Positions 31,914-41,073 of a stretch of DNA of 64,000 nucleotides are shown here, piece by piece. The stretch is from Atopobium sp. (GTDB lineage: Bacteria; Actinomycetota; Coriobacteriia; Coriobacteriales; Atopobiaceae): contig JAIJTS010000003.1 in assembly GCA_022732885.1 (NCBI GenBank), positions 44,205-108,204 on the forward strand. The letters are read 5' to 3'. Every line of letters begins with the position of its first letter. Within the stretch, counting starts at the first letter, position 1. A model generated the notes under the pieces. That model saw nothing but the letters and a program-made list of their open reading frames with translations, searched no databases and was not told the DNA's origin. The translations under genes were made by a program, and so were the position numbers.

Positions 31914-32123
31914 TTACTCAGACTTCTTAGAGTCCTCGTCTTCGACAATCTCAGCCTTTGGCTCCTTGGATTTCTCCTCAGTCTCAGACTCCATGCCCTC
32001 GCGAACACTCTTAACAGTCTGACCAACAGCTTTTCCGAGCTTTGGAAGGTTCTTAGGTCCAAAAATGACCATAACAACGACAACAATAATCAGAAGCTCT
32101 GGAATACCAAGTCCTAAAATCAT
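31914..32123 (-). CDS. tatA: Twin-arginine translocase subunit TatA/E
   Basis: MILGLGIPELLIIVVVVMVIFGPKNLPKLGKAVGQ, classic TatA. ATG at 32123; the longer ORF to 32210 lacks homology. Confidence 0.85.
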   Translation of the reverse strand: MILGLGIPELLIIVVVVMVIFGPKNLPKLGKAVGQTVKSVREGMESETEEKSKEPKAEIVEDEDSKKSE

Positions 32124-32219
32124 ATAAACCCCCAGAAAATCTTTTCCTGTAAAAGCGTTTAGAAAAAACGCCGTATCGGCTAGTATAACCGAGGGAAACC
32201 TTACTAACAAGGAATTAAC

Positions 32220-33050
32220 ATGGTCTTACATGATTTTTGGACATTTTTTATATGGTCGACTGTAGCGGGCCTTATTATTGTTGGCGTTTACCAGCTACTT
32301 CTATTAATTCTGCGTGCTCGAGGCATTTTTGTAACTCGTACAAAATTTGGCCTCACGATGATTTTTGATTCCGAAGATGCCGACGACACACCTATTAGGT
32401 TGCTCAATGTTAACGGCACCTTCCAGTCTGTAAGTTATATTGCGCCTGATCTGCGCTTTGAACTCTGCGTCCACTATCACCGCATGATGGCGCAGGTTAT
32501 CCAGCAGATAGCCCCACAAGGTCATGTTGTAGTTATGGGCGGAGGAGGTTTCTCGCTGCCAAAATTCCTGGCCACACACATGAAGGGCGCCGTTATTGAC
32601 GCGATTGAGATTGATCCGAAGATTGTCTTGCTTGCTCGTGAGCACTTCTTTTTGGACGAAGCGCTGAGCGCAGCTTCAAGCGAATTGCATGTTATCGAAG
32701 ACGATGCGTGGAAGGTCCTGCAGGATTCGGATGCCAGCAGCATTGACGTGCTGGTAAACGAGGTATTTGCTGGTCGCAAGTCACTTGGACCTCTGGGGAC
32801 TACGGCTGGCGCGCAAACGGTCAAAGAGAAGCTTGCGTTTGGCGGAGTGTATCTGGCCGATGTCCGCTGTCCGCTCGAAGGCCGTGGATCTGCGCTACTC
32901 TCCCAGGTTACGGGCGCCTTTGCACACGAGTTTGCGCACGTTGCGTACGTGCCCGAGTGGCCCGATACTCCTAAAATCCCAGGTAACAACCTCTTAATTG
33001 CAACCGACGCGGATATCGCACTTCCCGAAGGTGCAATTGTAGTGAAATAA
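32220..33050 (+). CDS. Spermidine-synthase-like (SpeE family) protein with N-terminal membrane segment
   Basis: VVMGGGGFSLPKFL (GGGDG-like), AVIDAIEIDPKIVLLAREHF and later D-rich motifs resemble aminopropyltransferases. Two N-terminal hydrophobic helices. Confidence 0.55.
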   Translation: MVLHDFWTFFIWSTVAGLIIVGVYQLLLLILRARGIFVTRTKFGLTMIFDSEDADDTPIRLLNVNGTFQSVSYIAPDLRFELCVHYHRMMAQVIQQIAPQGHVVVMGGGGFSLPKFLATHMKGAVIDAIEIDPKIVLLAREHFFLDEALSAASSELHVIEDDAWKVLQDSDASSIDVLVNEVFAGRKSLGPLGTTAGAQTVKEKLAFGGVYLADVRCPLEGRGSALLSQVTGAFAHEFAHVAYVPEWPDTPKIPGNNLLIATDADIALPEGAIVVK

Positions 33051-33093
33051 AGTCACGCTATGATCTAACTGCGTGACAACCGACGCCTACAAT

Positions 33094-33161
33094 CCTGTTG
33101 ACTACCATCCTGTTGCTTGCTCGATCATTATCCAGTTGACCGCCATCCTTTTGCTTGCTCG
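33094..33161. repeat. Two ~30-bp imperfect direct repeats (tgttgacYRccatcctKttgcttgctcg)
   Basis: Copies at 33094-33123 and 33132-33161. Confidence 0.55.
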
Positions 33162-33241
33162 TAAAAACTGCATATTTAACCTTGTTTATGCAGAATTTTG
33201 TATCAAAATTTTGAGCCTCAAAAATTTGACTACTTTTTTGA

Positions 33242-33418
33242 GTAAAAATCCCGTTTAGTTGGAGATCAAATCACAAACTCGGAATTTTTTGTCTCACGTT
33301 TGTGCAGGTAGCAAAAAGTGTCCAGATTTTACTATTTTTGTCCACCACAAAAACCCAGGTAAATGGCTTGCATAAAAATCAACTATTACTGCATACTCCA
33401 ACTAAACGGAATTTTTAC
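33242..33418. mobile_element. MITE-like 177-bp element, copy A (22-23 bp terminal inverted repeats gtaaaaatcccgtttagttggag / ctccaactaaacggaatttttac)
   Basis: Near-perfect TIRs at 33242-33264 and 33396-33418. A second copy of the same size with the same TIRs is at 39462-39638 in inverted orientation. No ORF inside. Confidence 0.6.
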
Positions 33419-33472
33419 CACTTACATCCCAAGCAATCAACAAAACCGCAGTTGTCTGAAATTTGTGCTAAG

Positions 33473-33589
33473 CCAGTGCTAGATTGGCTTGCAATTTATA
33501 CTGCTCCAGTGCTAGATTGGCTTGCAATTTATATCGCTCCAGTGCGTATGCCGACCCGGTGCGTATACCGCCCCAGTGCGTCTGCGCCG
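33473..33589. repeat. Tandem repeats upstream of malic enzyme (2 x 34 bp ccagtgctagattggcttgcaatttata.., then 3 x 17 bp ccRgtgcgtNtRcSSMc)
   Basis: Read directly from sequence; every unit begins ccagtgc/ccggtgc. Confidence 0.65.
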
Positions 33590-33779
33590 TACAATTGCAG
33601 CCAGTCTTGCCTTTGCCAAAAAGTAAATTCCTCAAATTCCCAAGAAAACATAACGTGAAATGAGTAGTGTTATCCTTAAAAAGGTGGACAGGTACTATTC
33701 ATGACATGCAAAAAACATGTTTGCATCAGTCAATCTACCTAGAAATAAAATACACCTGGGAGTTAGCTTGGGAGTTGCT

Positions 33780-35414
33780 ATGAAAACAGGTTTTGAACTA
33801 CTAAATGACCCCTTCCTCAACAAGGGAACCGCTTTTACGCAAGAGGAGCGTCAAAAATATGACTTGGTAGGCCTTCTCCCTCCTTATATTCAGACCATCG
33901 AGGAGCAGGCGGAACAGGCATACGTGCTTTTTCAGCAGTACCCCAATCTTGAGACAAAGCGCCACTATCTCATGAGGCTTTTCTCAGAGAACCGCACACT
34001 GTTTTACAACCTGTTCTCAAAGCATATCGAAGAGTTCATGCCTATCGTCTACGATCCAACCATCGCGCCTGATATTGAGCAGTACTCCCGGCGCTACGTT
34101 GACTCGCAGTACGCATGCTTCCTGTCAGTTGATCGCCCTGAGGACCTCGAAACCTCGCTGAAGAACGCTGCAGCAGGTAGAGACATTGACCTGATTGTTG
34201 TTACGGACGCAGAGGCAATTTTGGGCATCGGCGACTGGGGCACCAACGGCGTTGAGATTTCCGTTGGCAAACTCATGGTTTACACCGCTGCAGCTGGCGT
34301 TGATCCAAACCGCATCATGCCTGTTGTCATTGACGCCGGTACCAATCGTCAGGAGCTGCTCAATGACCCACTGTACCTGGGCGAGCGCCACAAGCGCATT
34401 GATGAGGACCGCTATAACGCCTTCATTGACAGCTTTGTAACCACCGTCGAGAAGCTCTTCCCTAACCTCTACCTGCACTTCGAAGACTTCGGCCGCTCAC
34501 ACGCTGCGGCAATTCTGGAGCGCTACAAGAACACCTATCCCGTCTTCAACGACGACGTCGAGGGCACCGGCATCGTCACGCTTGCAGGCATCCTCGGTGG
34601 CCTCAACATTTCTGGCGAGAAACTCGTCGACCAGGTATATCTCTGCTTTGGTGCAGGAACTGCTGGTTGCGGCATTGCTGAGCGTGTGCTGCAGGAGTTT
34701 GTGGACCAGGGAATGGATCGCGAAGAGGCTCGCAAGTGCTTCTACCTGGTTGATCGCCAAGGCTTGCTATTCGAAGACATGGATAACCTCACTCCACAGC
34801 AGAAGCCATTTGCTCGCAAACGTTCTGAGTTTCCAAACGCTGATGAGCTCACCAACCTTGCGGCTGTTGTGAAAACGGTCCATCCAACAATCATGGTTGG
34901 TACCTCTACCGTTCACGGCGCCTTTACTGAGGAGATTATCCGCGAAATGGCAGCTCACTGTGAGCGCCCCATGGTCTTCCCTCTGTCCAACCCAACTAAG
35001 CTTGCAGAGGCAACCGCCCAAGACCTGCTGACCTGGACTGATGGTCGCGCACTTGTTGCTTGCGGTGTTCCGTCCGATGACGTGGAGCTAGACGGCGTAA
35101 CCTACCAGATTGGTCAGGCAAATAACGCTCTTATCTACCCTGGCCTTGGTCTTGGTGTTCTTGCATCAAAGGCTCGTCTGCTCACAGATCAGATGATTTC
35201 CCTAGCAGCTCACTCGCTTGGCGGAATCGTTGACACCACAAAGCCTGGCGCGGCAATTCTTCCTCCAGTCTCCAAGATTACCGAGTTCTCCGAGCGTATT
35301 GCCGTTGGCGTTGCAGAAGAAGCCCTCAAACAGGGCTTGAACCGAGAGCCAATTGCTAATGCAAAAGAAGCAGTTGACGCCCTCAAGTGGTTCCCAGTCT
35401 ATAAAGAGCTGTAA
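33780..35414 (+). CDS. NAD-dependent malic enzyme / malolactic enzyme family
   Basis: About 545 aa. [28 protein letters not shown] malic enzyme N-terminal signature, two Rossmann GxGxxG ([11 protein letters not shown]). ATG at 33780 is preceded by GGGAG. Confidence 0.88.
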   Translation: MKTGFELLNDPFLNKGTAFTQEERQKYDLVGLLPPYIQTIEEQAEQAYVLFQQYPNLETKRHYLMRLFSENRTLFYNLFSKHIEEFMPIVYDPTIAPDIEQYSRRYVDSQYACFLSVDRPEDLETSLKNAAAGRDIDLIVVTDAEAILGIGDWGTNGVEISVGKLMVYTAAAGVDPNRIMPVVIDAGTNRQELLNDPLYLGERHKRIDEDRYNAFIDSFVTTVEKLFPNLYLHFEDFGRSHAAAILERYKNTYPVFNDDVEGTGIVTLAGILGGLNISGEKLVDQVYLCFGAGTAGCGIAERVLQEFVDQGMDREEARKCFYLVDRQGLLFEDMDNLTPQQKPFARKRSEFPNADELTNLAAVVKTVHPTIMVGTSTVHGAFTEEIIREMAAHCERPMVFPLSNPTKLAEATAQDLLTWTDGRALVACGVPSDDVELDGVTYQIGQANNALIYPGLGLGVLASKARLLTDQMISLAAHSLGGIVDTTKPGAAILPPVSKITEFSERIAVGVAEEALKQGLNREPIANAKEAVDALKWFPVYKEL

Positions 35415-35424
35415 TACGCCAGAG

Positions 35425-36411
35425 TTAGTCCAGCAGCACGCCTTCAGCAGCAGAGGCGGAGCCGTCGAGGACGTTACACTTTTGGATCTGGTGGACAAAC
35501 CAAGTGCGGAATGCCTTTTGGTCAACGCCAACGCATACCGTTGCGTTGGGTTTCTCGCCAAGATATCCGGCTAGGTCAACAACGGTGCAGCCGGTGGTCA
35601 GACCACCAGCACACTCGACGTCCACAAATACATCTTTGGTCTCAAACATCTGAGGCGCCAGCAGGTACGCCACGGCCGTTGGGTCGTACATGCTAAAGCC
35701 CTCCGCCTTGTAGTGGACGCGGTAGTTGAGCAGCAGCTTAACCAGCATGTCACCACTCTTGCCGGAGTTCTGGATGTTCTCGATGTCCTCAGGCATAACA
35801 CGAGCGGCGTCACCCACCTCAAGGCCAACCATGGCCACATGAACACCAGACGCAAAGACAATCTTTGCTGCTTCAGGGTCAACGCCCACGTTGAACTCGG
35901 ACATGACGCCAAGGTTACCGCGGGTCAGAGCACCGCCCATCATAACAATGCGCTCGATATGCTCTTTAACCTCTGGGTATGCTTTCAGCAGCAGGGCAAT
36001 ATTGGTCAGAGGACCAAGCGTGACGAGCGTGGTTTTCCCGCCAGTTAAAGCACCTTCCATAATGACGCGATGCTGTGCTTCAAGTGCAGTTTCTTCAAGT
36101 AGGCAGTCCAGCTGAATGCCGTCAAACTCGTAGCCTCTCATGCCTGAAGCGCCGTGGACGTCACTTGCATCCATTGGCTTTCTGATCAGGGGTTCAGCCG
36201 CGCCGCGCGCGACAGGCACGTGCTGATTCCAGAATTTAAGCAGCTTGAGGGTATTGTTGGTGACGTTCTCGATGCCAACATTTCCGCTAACGGTGGTAAT
36301 AAGCTTGATATCCAGTGCCTTTGCGGCAAGAGCAAATCCCAGCGCAATGGCGTCGTCAATGCCAGGATCTGTGTCGATGATGACACGCGTCTTAGTTGAA
36401 AGCGTTGCCAT
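35425..36411 (-). CDS. Inosine-uridine preferring nucleoside hydrolase (IunH/Rih family)
   Basis: N-terminal VIIDTDPGIDDAIAL aspartate cluster. 328 aa. 3' region contains an exact copy of the dispersed 13-mer (35548-35560). Confidence 0.88.
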   Translation of the reverse strand: MATLSTKTRVIIDTDPGIDDAIALGFALAAKALDIKLITTVSGNVGIENVTNNTLKLLKFWNQHVPVARGAAEPLIRKPMDASDVHGASGMRGYEFDGIQLDCLLEETALEAQHRVIMEGALTGGKTTLVTLGPLTNIALLLKAYPEVKEHIERIVMMGGALTRGNLGVMSEFNVGVDPEAAKIVFASGVHVAMVGLEVGDAARVMPEDIENIQNSGKSGDMLVKLLLNYRVHYKAEGFSMYDPTAVAYLLAPQMFETKDVFVDVECAGGLTTGCTVVDLAGYLGEKPNATVCVGVDQKAFRTWFVHQIQKCNVLDGSASAAEGVLLD

Positions 36412-36426
36412 AAGTCTCCTTTGTAC

Positions 36427-36535
36427 GTTTGATCTGCGTGTATGTTACGTTTGAGCTGCGTATAGACTGCGTTTTGCTGTGTGCAAGCTGCGTATTGTTA
36501 TGCGCAAGCTGCGTTTTGCTGTGTGCAAGCTACAA
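36427..36535. repeat. Five ~21-bp tandem repeats (tgcgttttgctgtgtgcaagc-like) between rbsK and the nucleoside hydrolase gene
   Basis: Units gtttgatctgcgtgtatgttac / gtttgagctgcgtatagac / tgcgttttgctgtgtgcaagc / tgcgtattgttatgcgcaagc / tgcgttttgctgtgtgcaagc. Confidence 0.65.
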
Positions 36536-36566
36536 ATTATGAAGCAACAATCACGGTAATTTTAGC

Positions 36567-37487
36567 CTAAAACTCAATTACCTGCTGATACGTTGGAATT
36601 GATTGCTGCGCACCAACCTTGGTAGTGGCAAGAGCCGCAGCCTTTGCTGCTACGTCGAGTGCCTGCTTGATGCCATGACCCTCCAGCTGTCCCAATGCCT
36701 GGAACGCGGCAAGTGTGCCCATAAACGTATCTCCCGCGCAGGTAGTATCCACAGTATCCACGTGATAGCATCCCTGCTGGTACACGCCGTGCGCGTCGGC
36801 AGCAATAGAGCCCTTGGAGCCCAGCGTCAGCACCGCAGTTGAAACGCCACTTGCAAGCACCTTCTGGACCGCAGCCTCGGGGTCTGCCAGCGGACTAATC
36901 TTGCCCTCACCAAACAGGTCCGCAAACTCGATCTCGTTCAGGCAGAGCACGTCCACACTGGCGAGAAGACCGGTGGTCATGGGAGCCGCTGGCGATGGGT
37001 TCACCATCGTATAGAGCCCCAGGTCATGAGCATGCTTGATGAGCTCAAACGTGGTCGACAACTCGCACTCAAACTGCGTCAAGAACACATCACCCGGCTC
37101 TGCGATGCCATCTAGCACTGCTTTTACGTCGCCAGCCGTGCGAGCATAATTAGCGCCGTGGTCCAAAATAATGCAGTTATCGCCGCCCACGCGTACAATC
37201 ACGGCAACACCAGTAGAAACACCAGGCAGCTCATCTACCTGCTCCGCATTGACTCCATAACCAGTAAGCGAATCCTTCAAGTCACACCCAAACGCATCGG
37301 CGCCAACCGCACCAATCATGTGAACATCTGCACCCATTAAAGCTGCAGCAACCGCCTGGTTGGCACCCTTTCCACCTGGACTAGTAACAAGGTTTTTTCC
37401 GCCAATAGTCTCACCCTGTTGAGGCATCTTATCTGCCTCTATGGAAATATCCATGTTGAGACTTCCAAATACAATCACTTTGCCCAT
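36567..37487 (-). CDS. rbsK: Ribokinase
   Basis: MGKVIVFGSLNMDI...GGKGANQAVAAA and C-terminal DTTCAGDTF anion-hole motif, PfkB family. Upstream of the nucleoside hydrolase on the same strand. Confidence 0.88.
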   Translation of the reverse strand: MGKVIVFGSLNMDISIEADKMPQQGETIGGKNLVTSPGGKGANQAVAAALMGADVHMIGAVGADAFGCDLKDSLTGYGVNAEQVDELPGVSTGVAVIVRVGGDNCIILDHGANYARTAGDVKAVLDGIAEPGDVFLTQFECELSTTFELIKHAHDLGLYTMVNPSPAAPMTTGLLASVDVLCLNEIEFADLFGEGKISPLADPEAAVQKVLASGVSTAVLTLGSKGSIAADAHGVYQQGCYHVDTVDTTCAGDTFMGTLAAFQALGQLEGHGIKQALDVAAKAAALATTKVGAQQSIPTYQQVIEF

Positions 37488-37651
37488 GAAATTCACCTAT
37501 CACTACCTATAAACTTTCTTGAAATAATACCTTGTAAAAGGCAAGGAACTGTTTTGTCTTCAGACACATTTTATATCTGAACCATCAGATAAGACTAAAG
37601 CACTAAAAGCATGGGTATATGCTTGATGTTTTCGTTTTGGAAAGGATTGCA

Positions 37652-38422
37652 ATGGACTTACAAGAAGCTATGGAGCAGCGTATTTCTATGCGCGCTTACG
37701 ATCAAAAGCCTATTGAACAAGAAAAACTTTCTCAGCTCCAAGAAGCCATTGATGTTGCAAATGCTCAAATGGCAAAAGTGGCACCTGATCACCCTGCAAT
37801 TCTCACTATCGAGGGTCCTCATCTTGAAGACGGCACCTCTGTCCACATGAAAAACAAATCTATTGTCGGCCCCATTTACCACTACGTAGCAGGTTATTGT
37901 GAAGACGCAATTTCCCGTGAACTCATTGGTTATTATGGCGAGAAAATCGTTCTTCTCGCCACCCAGCTGGGTATTGGCTCATGCTGGATTGCTGAGACTA
38001 TGGATAGAAAGACTCTATCTCGCGAAGAGTATAACGGTCTTAACCTGGGCATTATTATCTCTATTGGATACGCTCCAGAGAAGATTCCGCTCAAGCAGGA
38101 GGGCATTCGTACCGCAATCCGCCTGCGTACTAAGAAACCTGCGCAGATTATGACGGCAAACGGCACTCCAACTGAGCCGGAGCAGATGCCCGAGTGGTTT
38201 AACCGTGGCATTGATGCGGTTTTGGCATGTCCAACCGCTATCAACAAGCTGCCTGTTGTATTTGACCTGACAGATGGCGTGGTAAGTGCTTCTATACCTA
38301 ACCAGCGCCACCTTATTCAAGACTATGACCTGGGTATTTCCAAGCTGCACTTTGAACTTGCCGCTGACCTTAAGGGTACGTGGGAACTTGGACAGCCTGG
38401 TAAATTTATCGTTTTCGAATAG
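37652..38422 (+). CDS. Nitroreductase-family protein
   Basis: RISMRAYDQKPI near the N-terminus (RxSxRxF/Y signature). About 256 aa from the internal ATG; the ORF track starts at 37619. Confidence 0.6.
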   Translation: MDLQEAMEQRISMRAYDQKPIEQEKLSQLQEAIDVANAQMAKVAPDHPAILTIEGPHLEDGTSVHMKNKSIVGPIYHYVAGYCEDAISRELIGYYGEKIVLLATQLGIGSCWIAETMDRKTLSREEYNGLNLGIIISIGYAPEKIPLKQEGIRTAIRLRTKKPAQIMTANGTPTEPEQMPEWFNRGIDAVLACPTAINKLPVVFDLTDGVVSASIPNQRHLIQDYDLGISKLHFELAADLKGTWELGQPGKFIVFE

Positions 38423-38534
38423 CGCTCGCCGAGCAACACCCAGCTTGTAGCGCTTCCGGCTTAGCGCACCCAACGCGCTTCTCAGCTCAGCGCACCTAGC
38501 TCGACGCCACATCACTTACAAGAAAGGACATCAC

Positions 38535-39242
38535 ATGGCCTGCTCCGCACAGCACGTTGCAAACAAAGTTCTCTCGTCCTACCAGTGGAGACTTGCAACC
38601 AAAAAGTATGACCCAACCAAAAACGTTTCTGACGAGGATCTTGAGGTAATTCTTGAGGCCGCTCGCCTCGCACCAAGCTCCTATGGTCTAGAGCCTTGGC
38701 GCTTCTTGGTTGTTAATTTGCGAGAGAATCAGGCCTCTGATCAGTCTCTTCGCCTTAAAGAGAAACTTTATGAGCCGTGCTATGGTGCTCGTGCATCCCT
38801 CAATGGCGCTCATTACCTGGTTATTCTTCTTGCTCGCAAGAACGTCAACGCAGAGTCTGCTTACGTCAAGCACATGATGCACGACATCAAGCAGCTTCCT
38901 GCAGACTTTGAACCAACCTACGCCGCTGCTTTTAAGAACTTCCAGGAAAACATGTTTGACCTGGCAGGCAACGAGCGCGCAACCTTCGATTGGGCTTGCA
39001 AGCAGACCTACATTGCACTCTCAAACATGCTTACTATGGCCGCTATGATTGGCGTTGATAGCTGCCCAATTGAGGGCTTTAACCGCAAGGCTGTCGATAA
39101 GATCTTGGAAGAAGAGGGTCTTCTCGATGGCGGACAGTATAACGACTTTGGCGTTTCCTGTATGCTTAGCCTGGGCTATCGTGACATGGATCCTGTCCAG
39201 AAGCATCGTCAATCTGCTGAGGATGTTATTGTTAGGCTGTAA
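38535..39242 (+). CDS. NAD(P)H nitroreductase (NfsB-like)
   Basis: 235 aa. WRLATKKYD, APSSYGLEPWRFLVV, typical of oxygen-insensitive nitroreductases. Confidence 0.75.
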   Translation: MACSAQHVANKVLSSYQWRLATKKYDPTKNVSDEDLEVILEAARLAPSSYGLEPWRFLVVNLRENQASDQSLRLKEKLYEPCYGARASLNGAHYLVILLARKNVNAESAYVKHMMHDIKQLPADFEPTYAAAFKNFQENMFDLAGNERATFDWACKQTYIALSNMLTMAAMIGVDSCPIEGFNRKAVDKILEEEGLLDGGQYNDFGVSCMLSLGYRDMDPVQKHRQSAEDVIVRL

Positions 39243-39461
39243 AGCGCTATTACACTAACTTGTGAGCTGCCCCCTATTTCCACTACCTGGGAAATAGGGG
39301 GCAATCTATTTAGCAGGCAATTCCCTCTTGAGCGAAGAAGCCTTTGCTTTGTAGGAAGCTTATTGCACGTGCGAAACTCCGTCGCACACAGTTCGGTCAC
39401 ACGTCATTTTGACGCCAACTGGCCTTTTTTGGTCCAACGAAACCTATTTCAACGCAAAGTG

Positions 39462-39638
39462 GTAAAAAATGCGTTTAGTTGGAGTATCCAGAATTGATAG
39501 ATTTTTATGCAAGCGATTTACCAGCACTTTTAATTGGACAAATTTTACGTGTACATTCACATTATTTCTGAACTGCTAAAACGTAAATGCCAAAATGGCA
39601 AAATCAAAAAATTATCTCCAACTAAACAGATTTTTTAC
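39462..39638. mobile_element. MITE-like 177-bp element, copy B (TIRs gtaaaaaatgcgtttagttggag / ctccaactaaacagattttttac), inverted relative to copy A
   Basis: TIRs at 39462-39484 and 39616-39638. Internal segment gatttttatgcaagc is the reverse complement of gcttgcataaaaatc in copy A. Confidence 0.6.
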
Positions 39639-39860
39639 CCAAAACAGTACCCTCTGAATGACATATCAATTTCTTGATTAATTTTTATGCATATTTGTCT
39701 GTTTTTATGCATATTAGAGTATTTTAAGCGCCCCGTGAACCGTGTGCAACCGATGTACTTCGACACGCCACACACACTACTCACGCCGTGTAACTACGAC
39801 GTGCATAGTGTGCTCAAACAAACGGTGCAGACGACCAACCTAAACAGAGAAAACCTTTGA

Positions 39861-40916
39861 TTACCTGCGAATAAACCTAAACCCGCGGCCAGAGTGAATG
39901 TAGGGTAAGAATGCTCGATCTTCCTCGCAGATCATTCCAGCAATGTTATCGCGAGCATCAAGCTCTAAAAGCCCTCGAGCAATTGAAAGTTCTCCTGCAT
40001 AGCGGCCATACGCTTTGCTGCTCACTAAGATAGCGCCATCAGCCACCGTCTCCCAGTTAGTAGGTTTTGCCTCGTATACTGGAGCATCTTTCCAAAGTCT
40101 AGACTCTTGCGAGCGAATAATATACGAACTGGAATCAGGACGATCTGTCTGACGTCGGCCATATAAATACTCAAAATCAGGTTCTAACTTGGCTTTTAAC
40201 TCAATACAATTTCGCTCAAGCTGACCAACACGCTTCCACGTAGTCTCAGTAACATCTGGATCACCAATAAGCACTACGTCAGAATCTGCATCGTAAAGAG
40301 CAAGCATTGCCTGAATAAGCGCATCACCAGAAAGTCCACGATGTTCCTCTACGGTTGGAAGTCCCTCGTAAAGAGGACCGCGGAAGACTTCACCAGGCAC
40401 AAACGAGAAAATCTGGAATCCAAGAGCAGAAAGGTGTGCATTAATCTGAGCCACGCGCTCAAGCGAAAGGCCTGTGTAACTCTTGGGATAGTAATTGTGG
40501 CAGGCGGCAAAGCGGGTAAAGTCGGCGCCAGCAGCTCGCCATGCGGAAATGTCATCCTTAGTGATGGTTGAAGCATTAAAGACCACATGGAACTTGCGAG
40601 AAAGCTCAACAGTCTCTGCCGCGTCGAATCCAAAATCAAGACGAACATACGTAATGCCCAGCTCTGCAAGCTCGTCAAACTTCTGAACGCCAAGCTTTGA
40701 AAGAGTAGCAGGAGAAACATCAGCAATGAGGTTAATCTCCGCCTTTCTACAAAGCTCCAAGAGCTTACGAGCCTCAGTACGATAATCAATCCCCTCTTCT
40801 TCTGGGATTTGTAGAGAAGTAAACGCATAGTGACATCCGGCTGCCCGCGCTTTTGCTACGACCTTAGCATTAGCCTCATATCCACTGGCAAAATACAGTG
40901 AAATTCCGGTGCGCAT
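39861..40916 (-). CDS. mupG: DUF871 / MupG-like 6-phospho-N-acetylmuramidase
   Basis: 351 aa. N-terminal MRTGISLYFAS typical of DUF871. Last gene of the murR-murQ-murP cluster. Confidence 0.7.
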   Translation of the reverse strand: MRTGISLYFASGYEANAKVVAKARAAGCHYAFTSLQIPEEEGIDYRTEARKLLELCRKAEINLIADVSPATLSKLGVQKFDELAELGITYVRLDFGFDAAETVELSRKFHVVFNASTITKDDISAWRAAGADFTRFAACHNYYPKSYTGLSLERVAQINAHLSALGFQIFSFVPGEVFRGPLYEGLPTVEEHRGLSGDALIQAMLALYDADSDVVLIGDPDVTETTWKRVGQLERNCIELKAKLEPDFEYLYGRRQTDRPDSSSYIIRSQESRLWKDAPVYEAKPTNWETVADGAILVSSKAYGRYAGELSIARGLLELDARDNIAGMICEEDRAFLPYIHSGRGFRFIRR

Positions 40917-41073
40917 AAATCCTCCAAGTAAATTGCAAACGCTTCTAAAAGACGGGGTTTCTCGCTAGTCGAGAAGACCGACGGACAGCCAGTCAGGACG
41001 CCGGGCGAAAAGAAAAATCCCTCTTCCTAGGATACCTAAGAAGAGGGATAAACGTTTCTAAAACGTGTGGTAT

